A DNA stretch of 64,000 nucleotides from Octopus sinensis (GCF_006345805.1 NC_042998.1:36208001-36272000), one strand, 5' to 3'; shown: positions 25,687-39,438, numbered from the stretch's first letter. Notes: generated by a model not told the origin, from the letters alone. Numbers and translations: made by a program.

Positions 25687-26099
25687 GGCGGCGAGCTGGC
25701 ACAAACGTTAGCACGACGGGCGCAATGCGTAGCCATATTTCGTCTGCCGTCACGTTCTGAGTTCAAATTCCGCCGTGGTCGACTTTGCCTTTCATACTTT
25801 CGGGGTCGATAAAATTTAGTACCAGTTACGCACTGGGGTCGATATAATCGACTTAATCCGTTTGTCTGTCCTTCTTTGTCCTCTCTGTGTTTAGCCCCTT
25901 GTGGGTAAAGAAATAGGTATTTCGTCTGCCGTTACGTTCTGAGTTCAAATTCTGCCGAAGTTGACTTTACCTTTCATCCTTTCGGGGTCGATTAAATAAG
26001 TACCAGTTACGGACTGGAGTCGATGTGATCGACTTAACCCGTTTGCCTGTCCTTGTTTGTCCCCTCTGTGTTTAGCCCCTTGTGGGTAGTAAAGAAATA
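25687..26099 (+). mobile_element. SINE family A dimer with target site duplication
   Basis: Full head plus second head-truncated unit; flanked by ggtatttgatggaaa (25672-25686) and ggtgtttgatggaaa (26100-26114). Confidence 0.92.
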
Positions 26100-26601
26100 G
26101 GTGTTTGATGGAAAAACTGAAGGCTTTTTTTGCTTCGGTACAAGAGTTTTAATCATTGATGAAAGAGTGGATTACAACGGATTTCTGTTTTCTTTCGTTT
26201 CCAGTTGTTTCTAACACTACTAACTGTAAATGTGGAAACGGTTGCTATGCGATCTAAAAATCCTTGAAACTTGGCGCGTTGAGTAAATGTGCTATGTTTC
26301 GAACTGCTTCATTCGACTACTAACCCTTCTGTTAAACTGCAAATACTAATAACCCACATTACTCGTCATAATTTTTATTCTCCCGATGAGATGATACAAT
26401 CGTTGCAGATGGTTTCTGAAGTTTTGTATTGACGAAAACAACAATGTCGGAAATGGGTCTACTGAAATATCAACGATGATGATTTCCTGTTATGTTTTCT
26501 CACATACTTGTGTGTGCATGTATATATACATGGATATACATGCACTCATACGCACACACGCATGCATATATACATGTATGTATAAAACAAATATGGATAT
26601 A

Positions 26602-26664
<63 letters not shown>

Positions 26665-26746
26665 TATATACATATATATATATATTATGTATATATATAT
26701 TATATATATATATATGCATATATATATATATGTATATATATAGATG

Positions 26747-26781
<35 letters not shown>

Positions 26782-26834
26782 GTATATATATATATGTATA
26801 TATATATAATATATATATTATATATATGTATATA

Positions 26835-26897
<63 letters not shown>

Positions 26898-26900
<3 letters not shown>

Positions 26901-27207
26901 GAGGCGCAATGGCCCAGTTAGGGCAGCGGACTCGCGGTCATAGGATTGTGGTTTCGATTCCCAGACCGGGCGTTGTGGGTGTTTATTGAGCGAAAACACC
27001 TAAAAGCTCCACGAGCTCCGGCAGGGGGTGGTGATCCCTGCTGCACTCTTTCACCACTCTTTCTCCCACTCTTTCTTCTGTTTCTCCCACTCTTTCTAAG
27101 CCTGCTCGCTTAGCCAGCGGGGTGGCGTCATTCGAAGGCTAAAACAATGCGAACGCATTGTGACCAGCGATGTGTAACTACCTCTGATGGGCTGGTCGGT
27201 CACGTGA
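26898..27207 (+). mobile_element. tRNA-derived SINE, family D, inserted in (TA)n
   Basis: ggaggcgcaatggcccagttagggcagcggactcg...ggtttcgattcc (A/B boxes), then a unique body; flanked by (TA)n. Confidence 0.75.
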
Positions 27208-27954
27208 TATATATATATATAATATTTTTATAAACAAACCCGAAAGGCTTTGCAAGTTACGGAGAGAAAGCTATTATAGTTTGTGAGTTCGACTCAGCCT
27301 GAGGTTAGCTCATCATTTTTCGTTCATTTGGTTATATTTAAAGATTGTCGCTTCAAATCGGAGAATAAATACCATTATGATATATATTATATACAGTTAT
27401 TATATATACATGTGTGTGTGTGTGTGTGTGTATGTGAATGTAAGTATTGCGTCCGTCTAAATAATATATATTCGTGTAAAGAGAAATATGGCAGAAGGAC
27501 TAGAGTTGTATAGATTTGAACTGTTGAATCTCGTCTGGCCCAACGTCGATCTAGCCTTGTCACAATTGTGTTATGCTGACTCTACTCGAGAATAACATAT
27601 ATGGAGAAAAAGAGTTAAAGTGATAGCTTTATGAACATTTTTTTTATAGAATTCTTCATTCTTCGTTAAACTTTTACCAGAATCTGGAAATCTTCATTAT
27701 TTCTCATTAAAGTTGTGTTACAATTTACAAAATGTAGATTTCACTCGATTTTGTTTATACAATAAATTTGAATCCCACTCCTCGTGTAGAATCTTTTTCT
27801 GTGAATAAGGCAATTAGAACCGCCTTTTGGAACTGGAAAGAACGCCATGTTATTCATTAATAAGCATCTTGGTAAAAGCATACTTATAAAGGATCTTTAC
27901 TGCACTTGAATTTTGTGCCTTTCAATATATATATATTGAAGATACGTATATATA

Positions 27955-28004
<50 letters not shown>

Positions 28005-28006
28005 AC

Positions 28007-28038
<32 letters not shown>

Positions 28039-28057
28039 CATATACACTACATATATA

Positions 28058-28100
<43 letters not shown>

Positions 28101-28639
28101 ATACATATATATATATATAAATCTATATACATATGTCTGTGCGCGTGTGAAAATGTGTGTATTGTTAAATATATTGTATATATATATATATATCTATATA
28201 TATATACGCATCTACATGTATATGTATATATGCACCTAACTGCATGCTCTTTTCAATCTACATTCATATCTGCCTCCGTAGAGGGAATTAAAGATAAGTA
28301 CGTTGAAACGCAAGAAACATTTGTATCTTTAAATAGATAGACACGGGAATGAGAGAGAAGGAGAAATGAGAGAATAATAATAATAATAATAAAAAAGAAC
28401 CTGCTCCAAGATAAAGTAAATAATGTTTTTCAGAAGTAAATAGAATAAATTGGATCATTCAGTAATCGTCCTCAAACATACTTGCCAAATAGAATTAAAT
28501 GATTCTTATTTTCGTCTATCTTCCTTCAAATTTAATTACTTTTATTTTGCTTGCAAATTATGGAAAAAAAAACTATTAAAATTGAATAAATTCAAGTATC
28601 AATTGAGACTGATATTCATTTTCTTTATTAGTGTCATAT

Positions 28640-29025
<386 letters not shown>

Positions 29026-29408
29026 AAGCATACAAGCGGCTACTAATGGAGCGCTAAGTAGAGTAGCATAACCTTGCACGATCACACGAACCTATCAATA
29101 ATTGATAAGATCTAAAGACAGTATACAGTGTGTTATCGGTATATAATATCTCATTCAATGTGTTAAATTTGTTGTAAAATGAGTTAAACCTTATAGATGT
29201 GAGATGAGTCTTTAGAGCTGCACGTCTTAGATGAATATCTCGTATAACTTCTCTTCATGCAATTAATTTTCGTTTTGCCTTAAAGTTAGAGGAACTCAGA
29301 TCTGCAGGGAATTTCAATGAATAAGCGTTCGAATTATCTGCATTATAACAAATTTAAAACTGACCTCATCTTAGTCATCTAATTTTCAGTCATAAGAACA
29401 CACACACA

Positions 29409-29449
<41 letters not shown>

Positions 29450-29464
29450 ATATATTATATATAT

Positions 29465-29498
<34 letters not shown>

Positions 29499-29500
29499 AA

Positions 29501-29716
29501 GTTAATCCAAACCTGAAAACAAAAGAGAAAACACAACAACGCGAGAAGGTGCAACAAGTATAGTATTACTGGACGCGCTCAGGAAAGAAGGAAGGAAGGA
29601 GGGTTTAACGTTTCGAGCGGAGCTCTTCGTCAGAAACATAGGAAAGAGGAAGATCCAAAGAAGGGAAGACGGAGGAAAAAATTCGCCAACGATACACATG
29701 CGGTCACATTTTGAAA
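29501..29716 (-). mobile_element. ~215-bp hammerhead-bearing mini-element (solo pseudo-LTR-like), family H1
   Basis: Homologous to 60885-61053; flanked by (TA)n; contains an intact hammerhead. Confidence 0.8.
29603..29637 (-). ncRNA. Minimal type I hammerhead ribozyme (intact core)
   Basis: Minus strand: guuu-CUGACGA-a-gagc[ucc]gcuc-GAAA-cgu-U-aaac; stem I guuu/aaac, stem II gagc/gcuc, stem III palindrome ACGU. Confidence 0.85.
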
Positions 29717-29744
29717 AATATTTTGATATATATATATATATCAA

Positions 29745-29788
<44 letters not shown>

Positions 29789-29906
29789 TAATAATAATAA
29801 TAATAAAATAATAATAATAATAATAATAATAATATATAAACATATGCATATATACATACATACATGTACATACCCACATCTATATGTATATATACAAACA
29901 CATAGT

Positions 29907-30229
29907 GAGGGCACACGGATTAGTAGTTAGGGCATTTGGCACACTGTCGTAAGGTCGTGAGTTCAATTCCCGGCGACGTGCTGTGTCCTTGAGCAAGACA
30001 CTTTATTTCACGTTTCTCTAGTCCACTCAGCTAACAAAAATGAGTTGTACCTGTATTTTAAAGGGCCAGCCTTGTCACATTCTGTGTGAAGCTGAATCTC
30101 TCTGAGAACAATGTTAAGGGTATACGCGTCTGTGGAGTATTGAGCCACTTGCACGTTAATTTCACGAGCAAACTGTTCCGTTGATCGTATCAGCTGAGAC
30201 CCTCGTCGTCGTAACTGACGGAGTGCTCT
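29907..30229 (+). mobile_element. tRNA-derived SINE, family B
   Basis: A box ttagtagttagg, B box gagttcaattcc, tgtgtccttgagcaagacactttatttcac, body shared with 2775-3108. Confidence 0.88.
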
Positions 30230-30259
30230 TATATATAAACATATATATATATATGTATA

Positions 30260-30885
30260 AATACAAAATGGGGCAAGAACGCAAAACATCCAGACAGGTG
30301 ATACAAGAAAGGGACAACAAAACATCCAGATAGACGATACAAAGAAAACAAGGACAGCTCATTCGGAGTCTTCTCTCCTCAATAGAGTTCCAGATTGTCT
30401 TTGCAATTTCGGCTGGTTATACTCGAAATTGCTCCAATCTGGCCAGCCCCAAGGAAATACTAAGCTAAGAGCATTAGATTCCTTGGAATTAAGCAGCGAA
30501 TGTATAGGAAAACAAGGAAAAAAAACGGAGAAGGTTACATAAATACAAATAACAGGACGTAACAACAGGTGTCTTTCGACTAAGGACGAATTGAATTAAG
30601 CTGGCGTGTGTGAAAGTAAAGCCTTACGGCAGGGATACATGATTTCACTGGCACAGGCAAGAATATAGATGTTGCACGGACAGCGGCCGAACCAAGAAAG
30701 AAAGATCAGGCTTGGCCGAAAACCGGTCACGTGGGGAGAGAAGAGGGAGAGGTAAAGACAGGGGGACAGAAGAAATAAGGAGCGGCGAGAAAAATGACAG
30801 AGACACAGTGAAGCGAACAGAGGAAGGAAAGTGAGCATGAAGAGAAGGCAATGAAATGTGAAAAAGGGAGTTTACAGTTTACGTA
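30260..30885 (-). mobile_element. Unclassified interspersed repeat with terminal tandem duplication and hairpins
   Basis: Direct repeat caaaacatccaga(c/t)ag..gatacaa twice (30282-30345); hairpin gcaatttcg/cgaaattgc (30403-30432); abuts (TA)n. Confidence 0.45.
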
Positions 30886-31187
30886 ATTGTGCAGTTTGTA
30901 TATATTGGCAGGTGTATACCTACTTAATTTTTATCGTGCATTTAATTGTGTTGTTGCAATGAAAGTTATATTTACATATTCGAGTAGTCAGGGAGAAAAG
31001 ACAAGTAAAATTTTCACCGAAAATTGCAGGGATCTTATCGGTTTGGCTGCCAGCATTTCAAAAATATACCGAAATTTTTTATATTTGGCACAATAATACA
31101 GTTGCCCCAACTTCATTGCAAGAGTTATTTCCTTGTTTCATTTTTTCCAGAAAAATGTTTGGATCTTTTTCTTTTAAACGGCAGACA

Positions 31188-31763
31188 ATTTCTAGTTAAC
31201 TAAACACTTTAAAACTTCGTATACTGGTAGAATGTGTCAAAATAAAACATTTTTTCTCTTGGCTTTCTTGAGAAAATTGTAATTCGTTTGTTTAACGTAG
31301 TTTAATTTTTCGAATTTTAACCAATCCTATGCTCTCTTTTGAGCTAAAATCATTTGCTGCGTCTAAAACTGAGACAACATCCTGTAACTAACCCTAAACC
31401 TCCCCCCTAACCCTAACCCTAAATCTTTTTTTCTTGTTAAATTAATTTAATTGTTACGCGTATAAAAAAAACTAATGCAATGGAATTAAATTAATTTAAC
31501 AATTAAGAAAAAAATTAGGGTTAGGGTTAGGGTTAGGGGGAGGTTTAGGGTTAGTTACAGGATGTTGTCTCAGTTTTAGACGCAGCAAATGATTTTAGTT
31601 GAATGGAGGTAATCGATTGGTTAAAATTGCCGAAATGCTCGGATTTTCAGAAGAAATATCTCACAAACTATAGAATTTTCTGAATAAAACCAAGAGAAAA
31701 TTATGTTTTATAAACACATTCTACCAGTATACGAAGTTTAAAAGTGTTTAGTTAACTAGAAAT
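31188..31763. mobile_element. Foldback/MITE-like element with ~260-bp inverted arms containing telomeric repeats
   Basis: Left atttctagttaactaaacactttaaaacttcgtatactggtagaatgtgt matches the reverse complement of the right end; inner arms carry (CCCTAA)n at 31388-31423 and (TTAGGG)n at 31515-31554. Confidence 0.88.
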
Positions 31764-32524
31764 GTTTTAAAAATCCAAATGTTTTAAAAAAGTTATAGAG
31801 GTTTAAAGGTTGATCATTTTCACCCAGTCAGGAAACAGGATTTGGAAGCTGTCATTTTGTGCATGACTGCTCCTTTTGTCGTCAACATCCTGAAAATAGG
31901 ATGTGTTGTCAATATTTGTAACCAACACGTGTTATGTCTCCAGTAATTTTCTTTTATGTAAATATATGTATATGTTAATTTAAAAGATTAATCCAAAATG
32001 TCTTATTTAGCTGTTATTTTTAGCACAACCACTTCAATGCTCATTTACAAAATGAAACGAGTAAACAAACATTTAAGCATTCAATATGGATTTAATACAA
32101 ATGCCATAAACAACACGCTGCATGTGATAAACATAATTTTTAACAGAAAGATTTGAAAGAATTCGATGAAAGTTCTCCGGTAATTTTCATTCATGTAAAT
32201 AAATATTAAAAAATTTGCCAGCAAAATCTTATAAAATGACAATGTTCCAAAAGATGTACATGTTTATTTGTTATATATGAAAATAAGAGTGAGCAATATA
32301 TGCTTAAAAAATAAATATTTAACTTTCGGTTTTAGTTAAAAAGAAATATCCTCCTCTGTTTATAATGTTTCCATAATAGAAGCGAAGTTACTGGAGCTTG
32401 CTGCCATAATCACGCAGAACACCGAACACAACAGCGTCAAACTTGTCAACACGTGCTTCCTCGCAGACAAACGACCTTTCAAAGACTGCTCCGATTCACT
32501 TCTTACCAGGACATCAGGGGTGCA

Positions 32525-33260
32525 CGTTTGTTTGTGTGTCTGTGTTTGTCTCCCCAACATTGCTTGACAACCGATGTTGGTGTGTCTACGTCCCTGTAAC
32601 TTGGCGGTTCGATAAAAGAAACCGATAGAATAAGTACTAAGCTTGCAAAGAATAATTTCCTGGGTCGGAAGCTAGCAGAATCGTTAGCACGCCGGGCGAA
32701 ATGCGTAGCCGTATTTCGTCTGCCGTTACGTTACGTTCTGAGTTCGAATTCCGCCGAGGTCGACTTTGCCTTTCATCCTTTCGGGGTCGATAAAATTTAG
32801 TACCAGTTACACACTGGGGTCGATGCAATCGGCTCAATCCGTTTGTCTGTCCTTGTTTGTCCCCTCTGTGTTAGCCGCGTGTGGGTAGTAAAGAAGTAGA
32901 AATTTCGTCCGTCTTCATGTTCTGAGTTCAAAATTCCGCCGAGGTAGAATTTGCCTTTCATCCTTTCGGAGTCGGTAAAATAAGTACCAGTTGACCACTG
33001 GGGTCGATGCAATCGACTCATCTCCACCTTCCCCAAGCTGCTCTTGTGGCAAAAATTAGAAATAATAATAATAATTATTATTATTAAGGCGGGAAGCTGG
33101 CAGAATCGTTAACACGCCGGACGAAATGCTCAGCATTATTTCGCCCATCCCTACGTTCTGAGTTCAAATTCTGCTGAGGTCGACTTTTCCTTTCATCCTT
33201 TCGGGGTCGATGAGTTAAGTACCAGTGAGACGCTGAGGTTGAAGTAATCGACTAATTCTC
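32525..33260 (+). mobile_element. SINE cluster: family C 3' fragment followed by three family A units
   Basis: Family C body 32525-32668; family A cores at ~32670, ~32900 and ~33087. Confidence 0.85.
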
Positions 33261-33329
33261 TGACCAGGTTAGAATATTTCGCGCAATTATAATCCGAAAT
33301 ACTCCTCGTTAGCAATGTTACATTTAAAG

Positions 33330-33575
33330 AAATGGATTTAGACTTGCTCAATACAAATAGCTGTGACTTAGTTTACACTAAAGCCGAGTTTCAGGTACAA
33401 GACAAACGGACTGTTTGCCCGCAATAAGTGACAAATCTGGATTAACGACTACAAGCATTTAAGAGACCAGTAGTTATGTATCACCCAAAATCTGGGAGAC
33501 CATATCGTTCACCTAACACTTATGTTAAGAATATACGGCTAAATGTGGTGGATTAGTTTGTATACCTAGGGATAA
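33330..33575 (+). mobile_element. RTE-clade LINE RT relic
   Basis: CDLVYTKAEFQ...SGLT...VVMYHPKSGRPYRSPNTYVKNIRLNVVD*FVYLG resembles RTE/BovB RT motifs 6-7. Confidence 0.6.
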
Positions 33576-33910
33576 AATGGATTATTCAGCGCCTAGGATA
33601 AAGCGGGATTTCAAAAACAGCGGGATTTCAAAAGATGCTAATTTATACAGATTAATGGGAAAATAATTTTGGTCAAGGCCAGATATGAAGAATAATCTCA
33701 AAAGACGCGAAAATTTATATTAAGAAGTGACATCAGGGGTCGAACTTGGATAGGAATTTATTCTGCCGTATTTGCTCACACATTCGCACGCTGACCCTCT
33801 CTCTCGCGCACACACACACACACACACAAACAAGAACGCACGCATACTGGCATGCATACATATACACACATACATTACACACACACACACACACATATAT
33901 ATATACATAC

Positions 33911-34212
33911 ACAATTAATAAGAAGATTGACCACTAAAGTGGATTCCTAATATGCTAAAGATAGACGTCAAATCGCCTTTCCGCGAAAAGTATGTTCTCA
34001 AGAAAATCTCAGCAAAAACGCCAGATTTTCCTTCAGAACACACTCTTCGCGGTAAGGCGATTTAACGTCTATCTTTAGCTTATTAAGAATCCATTTTAGT
34101 GGTCATTCCTCTTACTAATTGTAATATAATTTTTAAATCTTCGGATATTTTAAAATATGCTAGACCACTGGTTTAAATTGATATTAATTGATATAAATTT
34201 CTACCCTCATTA
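33911..34212. repeat. ~210-bp imperfect palindrome plus ~90-bp unpaired extension, between microsatellites
   Basis: 33911-34010 is the inverted complement of ~34023-34122 (gaccactaaagtggattc/gaatccattttagtggtc; gctaaagatagacgt/acgtctatctttagc). Confidence 0.85.
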
Positions 34213-34244
34213 TTTATATATATATATATTATATATATATATAG

Positions 34245-34275
<31 letters not shown>

Positions 34276-35521
34276 AACTCATGCACACTCACACACGTAA
34301 TCACACACACATACACACACGTGTATATATCTGTAGTCTTAGTTCTAATTTTCTGAATTTTACATATTTAATGAGTTCGGAATATGATAAACTTTTACAA
34401 AGGAACTGATTTATGATGGTTATTAGTTTTCAATGTAGGTGTACTTTATTTTGAGACTTCGCGTTGTTTAATAGCGAATATGTGATATATACATCCGTTA
34501 GAATGATTTGAGCAAAGACAAACAAATTAGAAGTATTTAGATGAGGGTATTTGTGGGTTTGATTGAAAAGGCCGCCATGCTCGATGTTGATTTTTATCGT
34601 TTCAAGTTGATAAAATTTATTTCCAATCTACTGCAACAGCTTTTGACTGGTTTCCAAAAAGAATGTCAGGAAATGTATCAAATATTCAAATATTATAAGA
34701 ACTCATGTTATCTTCATCCGAAACTTTTCGTACATTTATGTAGCTATTTTCAAGGTTATGGCAAATTTTTAGACTCGAAATAGACTAAACCAATTTGTAA
34801 TTGGAAATTCATTCCTCAATAGCGATGACTATAAGAGCAAGAATTAACCAGTTCCGGTCATGTGTTCACAACTGCAGAAGCTTGTTTCCGACAGATATCA
34901 CACATTGAGAACATTAATGCCGAAGCACGCGCATTCTATCAGAGACCAAACGGTTTTGAATTTGTCAACATTGTCTTCATTTAAACTGCAGAGATATCTG
35001 GACAGGGAATTTGTAAGGCGTCTTTCCGAATGTATACACATCTTGCAAGGAATATTTTAAAATGGAATTTACATTAAGGGCTACATAGATTCATGTGTCA
35101 CTGTTATCTTCAAATGAATCGATAAACGAATGCTTTGAAAATGACATATACCGTTAAGGGAGTTGAGGAACTGGATTAGCATTGCACTTTTATACGGAAG
35201 GAAAGTTTTGCGTGTTAGTACTGGAAAGGTTTCGTCTCGTTAATACTAAAACAGCGAACCTTTTGGTTTAATAGCAACTCAACCTAACACTATATTTTTA
35301 ATGAAGTAATCAATATAATATGGTATCTATAGCTTTTGGAATCATGCTTATCTATATGCTTTAGGAAAATCCTACACACTTTGCAGCGAACATTTTAATT
35401 ATAGAAAGTATAACACCATTTCTATATTTTGTTTTTCACTTCAGCGTTTATGAATCTCACTGTGGATTTCCATAAAATATAACCTATCTTTAAAGTCACT
35501 AACTAGGTGCATCATTTTTTA

Positions 35522-35736
35522 TTCTTTTCTACTATAGGCAAAAGGCCTGAAATTTTGGAGGAGGGGGCCAGTCGATTGGATCGTCTCCAGTACACAACTG
35601 GTACTTAATTTATCGACCTCGAAAGGATGAAAGGCAAAGTCGACCTCGGCTGAATTTGAACTTAGAACGTGAAGACACAAAAAATACCGCTAAGCATTTC
35701 GCCCGGCGTGCTAACGTTTCTGCTAGCTTGCCGCCT
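35522..35736 (-). mobile_element. SINE family A
   Basis: Full-length reverse-complement copy. Confidence 0.88.
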
Positions 35737-36342
35737 CGAAATGTGGGTATTTACGAAGTAGCATTCATATAAATGAGAACTTAAATCCAAAATCCTTTCC
35801 TCAAATCAGGTGCCATGAGTGTAGCAAGTCAGCTAATGAGAATGAGCCTCCTCGTGTGTGCATGGTAACAGAAAGGCAGAAAATACAAGAAGGCTCAATA
35901 AGTGAATTTACATGGAATACTAAACACAGCACAGACTATAGGATAAAAAGAAACAAAAGGGGTTCTGCATTAGCCATATCTCGACAGCCGTTTCGGGTGA
36001 ACCATGGCTTATGTCGTAAAATCGTTCCTTTCAAAACAAAGACTCATAATGCCGTATGTATATGACCCCGTTCTTCCGATGGGTTGAGCCAACCTTGCAT
36101 AATGAATCCATAAGAACTTGTGTTATTCCATACGCCTTTCTTCTCTGGTTCTTCCCTTGTTCTTCCCTTGTTCTTTTCAGCAGTTACGTGGTTTCTCTCT
36201 TTCGGTTTATTGTTATCTAAATGACGGCAAAACATCTCTTATTAACTTCTGTCATCGAGTTTTCGTTTCGCACTTTTTCGGTTATTCGTAAAATTTTCTC
36301 ATACATACATACATACATACATACATACATACATACATACAT

Positions 36343-36411
<69 letters not shown>

Positions 36412-37819
36412 CACATATGTATGTGTGTGTATGTATATATATATGAATATGTATTTTCGTTGTTAGTTTCTTCTAAGATTTTCTGCCTTTTGCAGAATAT
36501 TTTAAGATATTTTCTTGACTTTTCGCTTGAAAGATCATGATGTTAACTAATGCTATGCTTTCAGAATAGCGAAGGATCCAAACAATTACGTGTCTATTCA
36601 ATTCTTAAATAACGTTCCGGTAGATTCCTATGTGCATATCTGATCGCTGTGCTTGTCGTCATTGGTTTGGATTCTCGCCGTTCTCTATGCATTCCATGAA
36701 TTACTATGTTTGGCAGATAACTGCACGCATCAGCAATTAGCTTATCCAATGATTTCCACAAATAACAGCTCATGTCCTTGTGAGAATCATGGGTCCAAGT
36801 TAGCGCCGATAGAAGAGATGCTTTATAAGGTCGGAACAGTAGAGAGTCTGGAATTCTCCTCACACCGGGGTATCACATGCGTTATGGATACAGATTTAGG
36901 GTAAAACGATGTTTTTCGGGAGAGTGAGTAACGACAGCCATCAGATATTGGCGTTTAAATCTGCCAAAACATTTTAAAAGCGATAGATATGATATTGATC
37001 ATTATAAACTTTGATTGTTTTGTAGAGTTCCGGTTAGGAATCTCGTAAACAAATATCTTCTGTCTGAAATTTGCGCGTGCATTCGATTATACGACGACTA
37101 CTGAAATATGCCTCAGACGTTGATGGATTGGACAATATTATGATAGGATCGAAATGCTTGTGATTTATCTTCGACAATTGACGAGGGGATTAAACTTGTG
37201 TACTCCCGTTTGTATTGTGTTTGCGTTTTACACAGAAACCCCTTTGTCGTCCGCGTGTGTCTATTCTGAGGAAGGCAACAGTCATAAAGAAGAGAAGTTT
37301 ATCTTCCATTTCTTTAACGCAACAGAAATGAAATATAGAAACCCACAAATATAGATTCCTGATTCATTTTTTAAAAAATGCTTTGCAAGCACGTTACGTT
37401 TTTGGAAGGTTTATGGCAAGAATTTATTTCATGTATTTTCAATAAAGAAAAGGATGAAATTATAAAAACAACATATTTTTCCATAATTCATTCGCTTACA
37501 AAAGTTGTGACATTTTAGCTGCAAAAACATATGTGGAAATTTAAGGTAAAATTTTAAATAAACGTTCAGTTTCTTTTCCAAGACAAGAATAAACATGGCA
37601 AAGGAGACATTGGAAGTTCATTAAAAAAGCCGAGATTTACTAAAGTTTGTTTGAAAGCGCGAAAATAATATTCGCATGCACATGGCGTCATGCACGAATC
37701 CATTGGAGGGAATGAGAACACGCAGACGCCGTAGGAAGCAGAGAACGAGATAGAAATGTGAAATATACACACTTTTCATGACAGTACATACGTATTAACA
37801 TAAAAGAATGCACACAGAT

Positions 37820-37860
37820 GTATATATGCATGCATGTATGCATGTATGTATGTATGTATG

Positions 37861-37892
<32 letters not shown>

Positions 37893-38012
37893 GATGGATG
37901 TGTGTATGTGTCTATCTATGTATGTATACACACACAAACACACAAACACACACATATGCATATGTACGAGTTTGAGCATATGTGAGCGTGGGTGAATGTA
38001 TACGCATGTATG

Positions 38013-38053
<41 letters not shown>

Positions 38054-38397
38054 ATATCTGTTGCAGGAGTGTACGTAGCGTACATCAATATGATGGGTGT
38101 GCTTGCATTCACATATCCATTATCCACAGGTAGAAAGTACATACAAACATATCGGCATATTGAGTAAATACACAGGTATATATTTACTAATATGTGTGTG
38201 TATGTATGGCATATACAAATGCATATACATACACACACACGCACATATATTTATGCATATATACATACAGATACACACACACAAATATATATATATATAT
38301 ATACATACATACAGATCACACACACACACACACATGTATATATACATACAGATACACGCACACACACATATATACATGCATACAGATACACACCCAC

Positions 38398-38428
<31 letters not shown>

Positions 38429-38587
38429 CTCTGATACACACACACATATATGTACATACATACAGATACATATACACAGATACACACACACATATATGTA
38501 CATAGATATAGATACACACACATACACATGTATACATACATACAGATACACACACACATATATATACATACAGATAGACAACCACAC

Positions 38588-38650
<63 letters not shown>

Positions 38651-39189
38651 CATAACGTGCAGGTATATCGGCAGATAAAGTTAAGAGCATTACACAAATA
38701 TGGCGCATTGTAAGAAAAATATGTGCGTTGTTCTACGTGTATATATTTAGCAGTGATTTAAAGTAAAAAGCGGCGGAGCATCAGAAGAAACACCTATGGG
38801 AAATCTTCCATGAGCCTACATCCCGGAAGAGATGCAAGGAACATTCACTTATAGAAGACAGGAACAAAAAAACACCCATATATTTACATACAAGTAAATA
38901 CAAGCACCAACAGACATAGGGGCATATATATATATCAATATGTATGAATATATATATATATAAGATATATATATATATTATATATAATATATATATATAT
39001 ATATGTATGTTATATGTATTATGTATATATAGATGTATATATATATGTATATATATATGTATGTATATATGTATGTATATATGTATATGTATATATATAT
39101 GTATGTATATATATATAATATATATATGTATACTATATATGTATATATGATGTATGTATACATGTTATATATCTATGTCTGTATGTATG

Positions 39190-39220
<31 letters not shown>

Positions 39221-39405
39221 GTATGATATATATAATATATATATATATGTATATATATATGTATGTATATATATATATCTATATATATGTATGTTATATA
39301 TGTATATATATATATGTATGTATATGCGTATATATATATGTATGTATATATGCTATATATATATATATGTATGTATATATGTATATCTATATGTATATAT
39401 ATATG

Positions 39406-39438
<33 letters not shown>

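Noticed and set aside
31388-31554. Chromosome end or telomere fusion site
   Set aside because: Only a few repeats, inside the arms of a foldback element. The order (CCCTAA then TTAGGG) is opposite to that of an end-to-end fusion.
34860-35060. Possible Tc1-like transposase C-terminus (RRLSECIH..G)
   Set aside because: Similarity is limited to a few residues, with no catalytic motif or TIR found.
36653-36904. 83-aa ORF with a signal-peptide-like N-terminus
   Set aside because: It starts at TTG, has no recognisable domain and no convincing splice acceptor; it cannot be supported without expression data.
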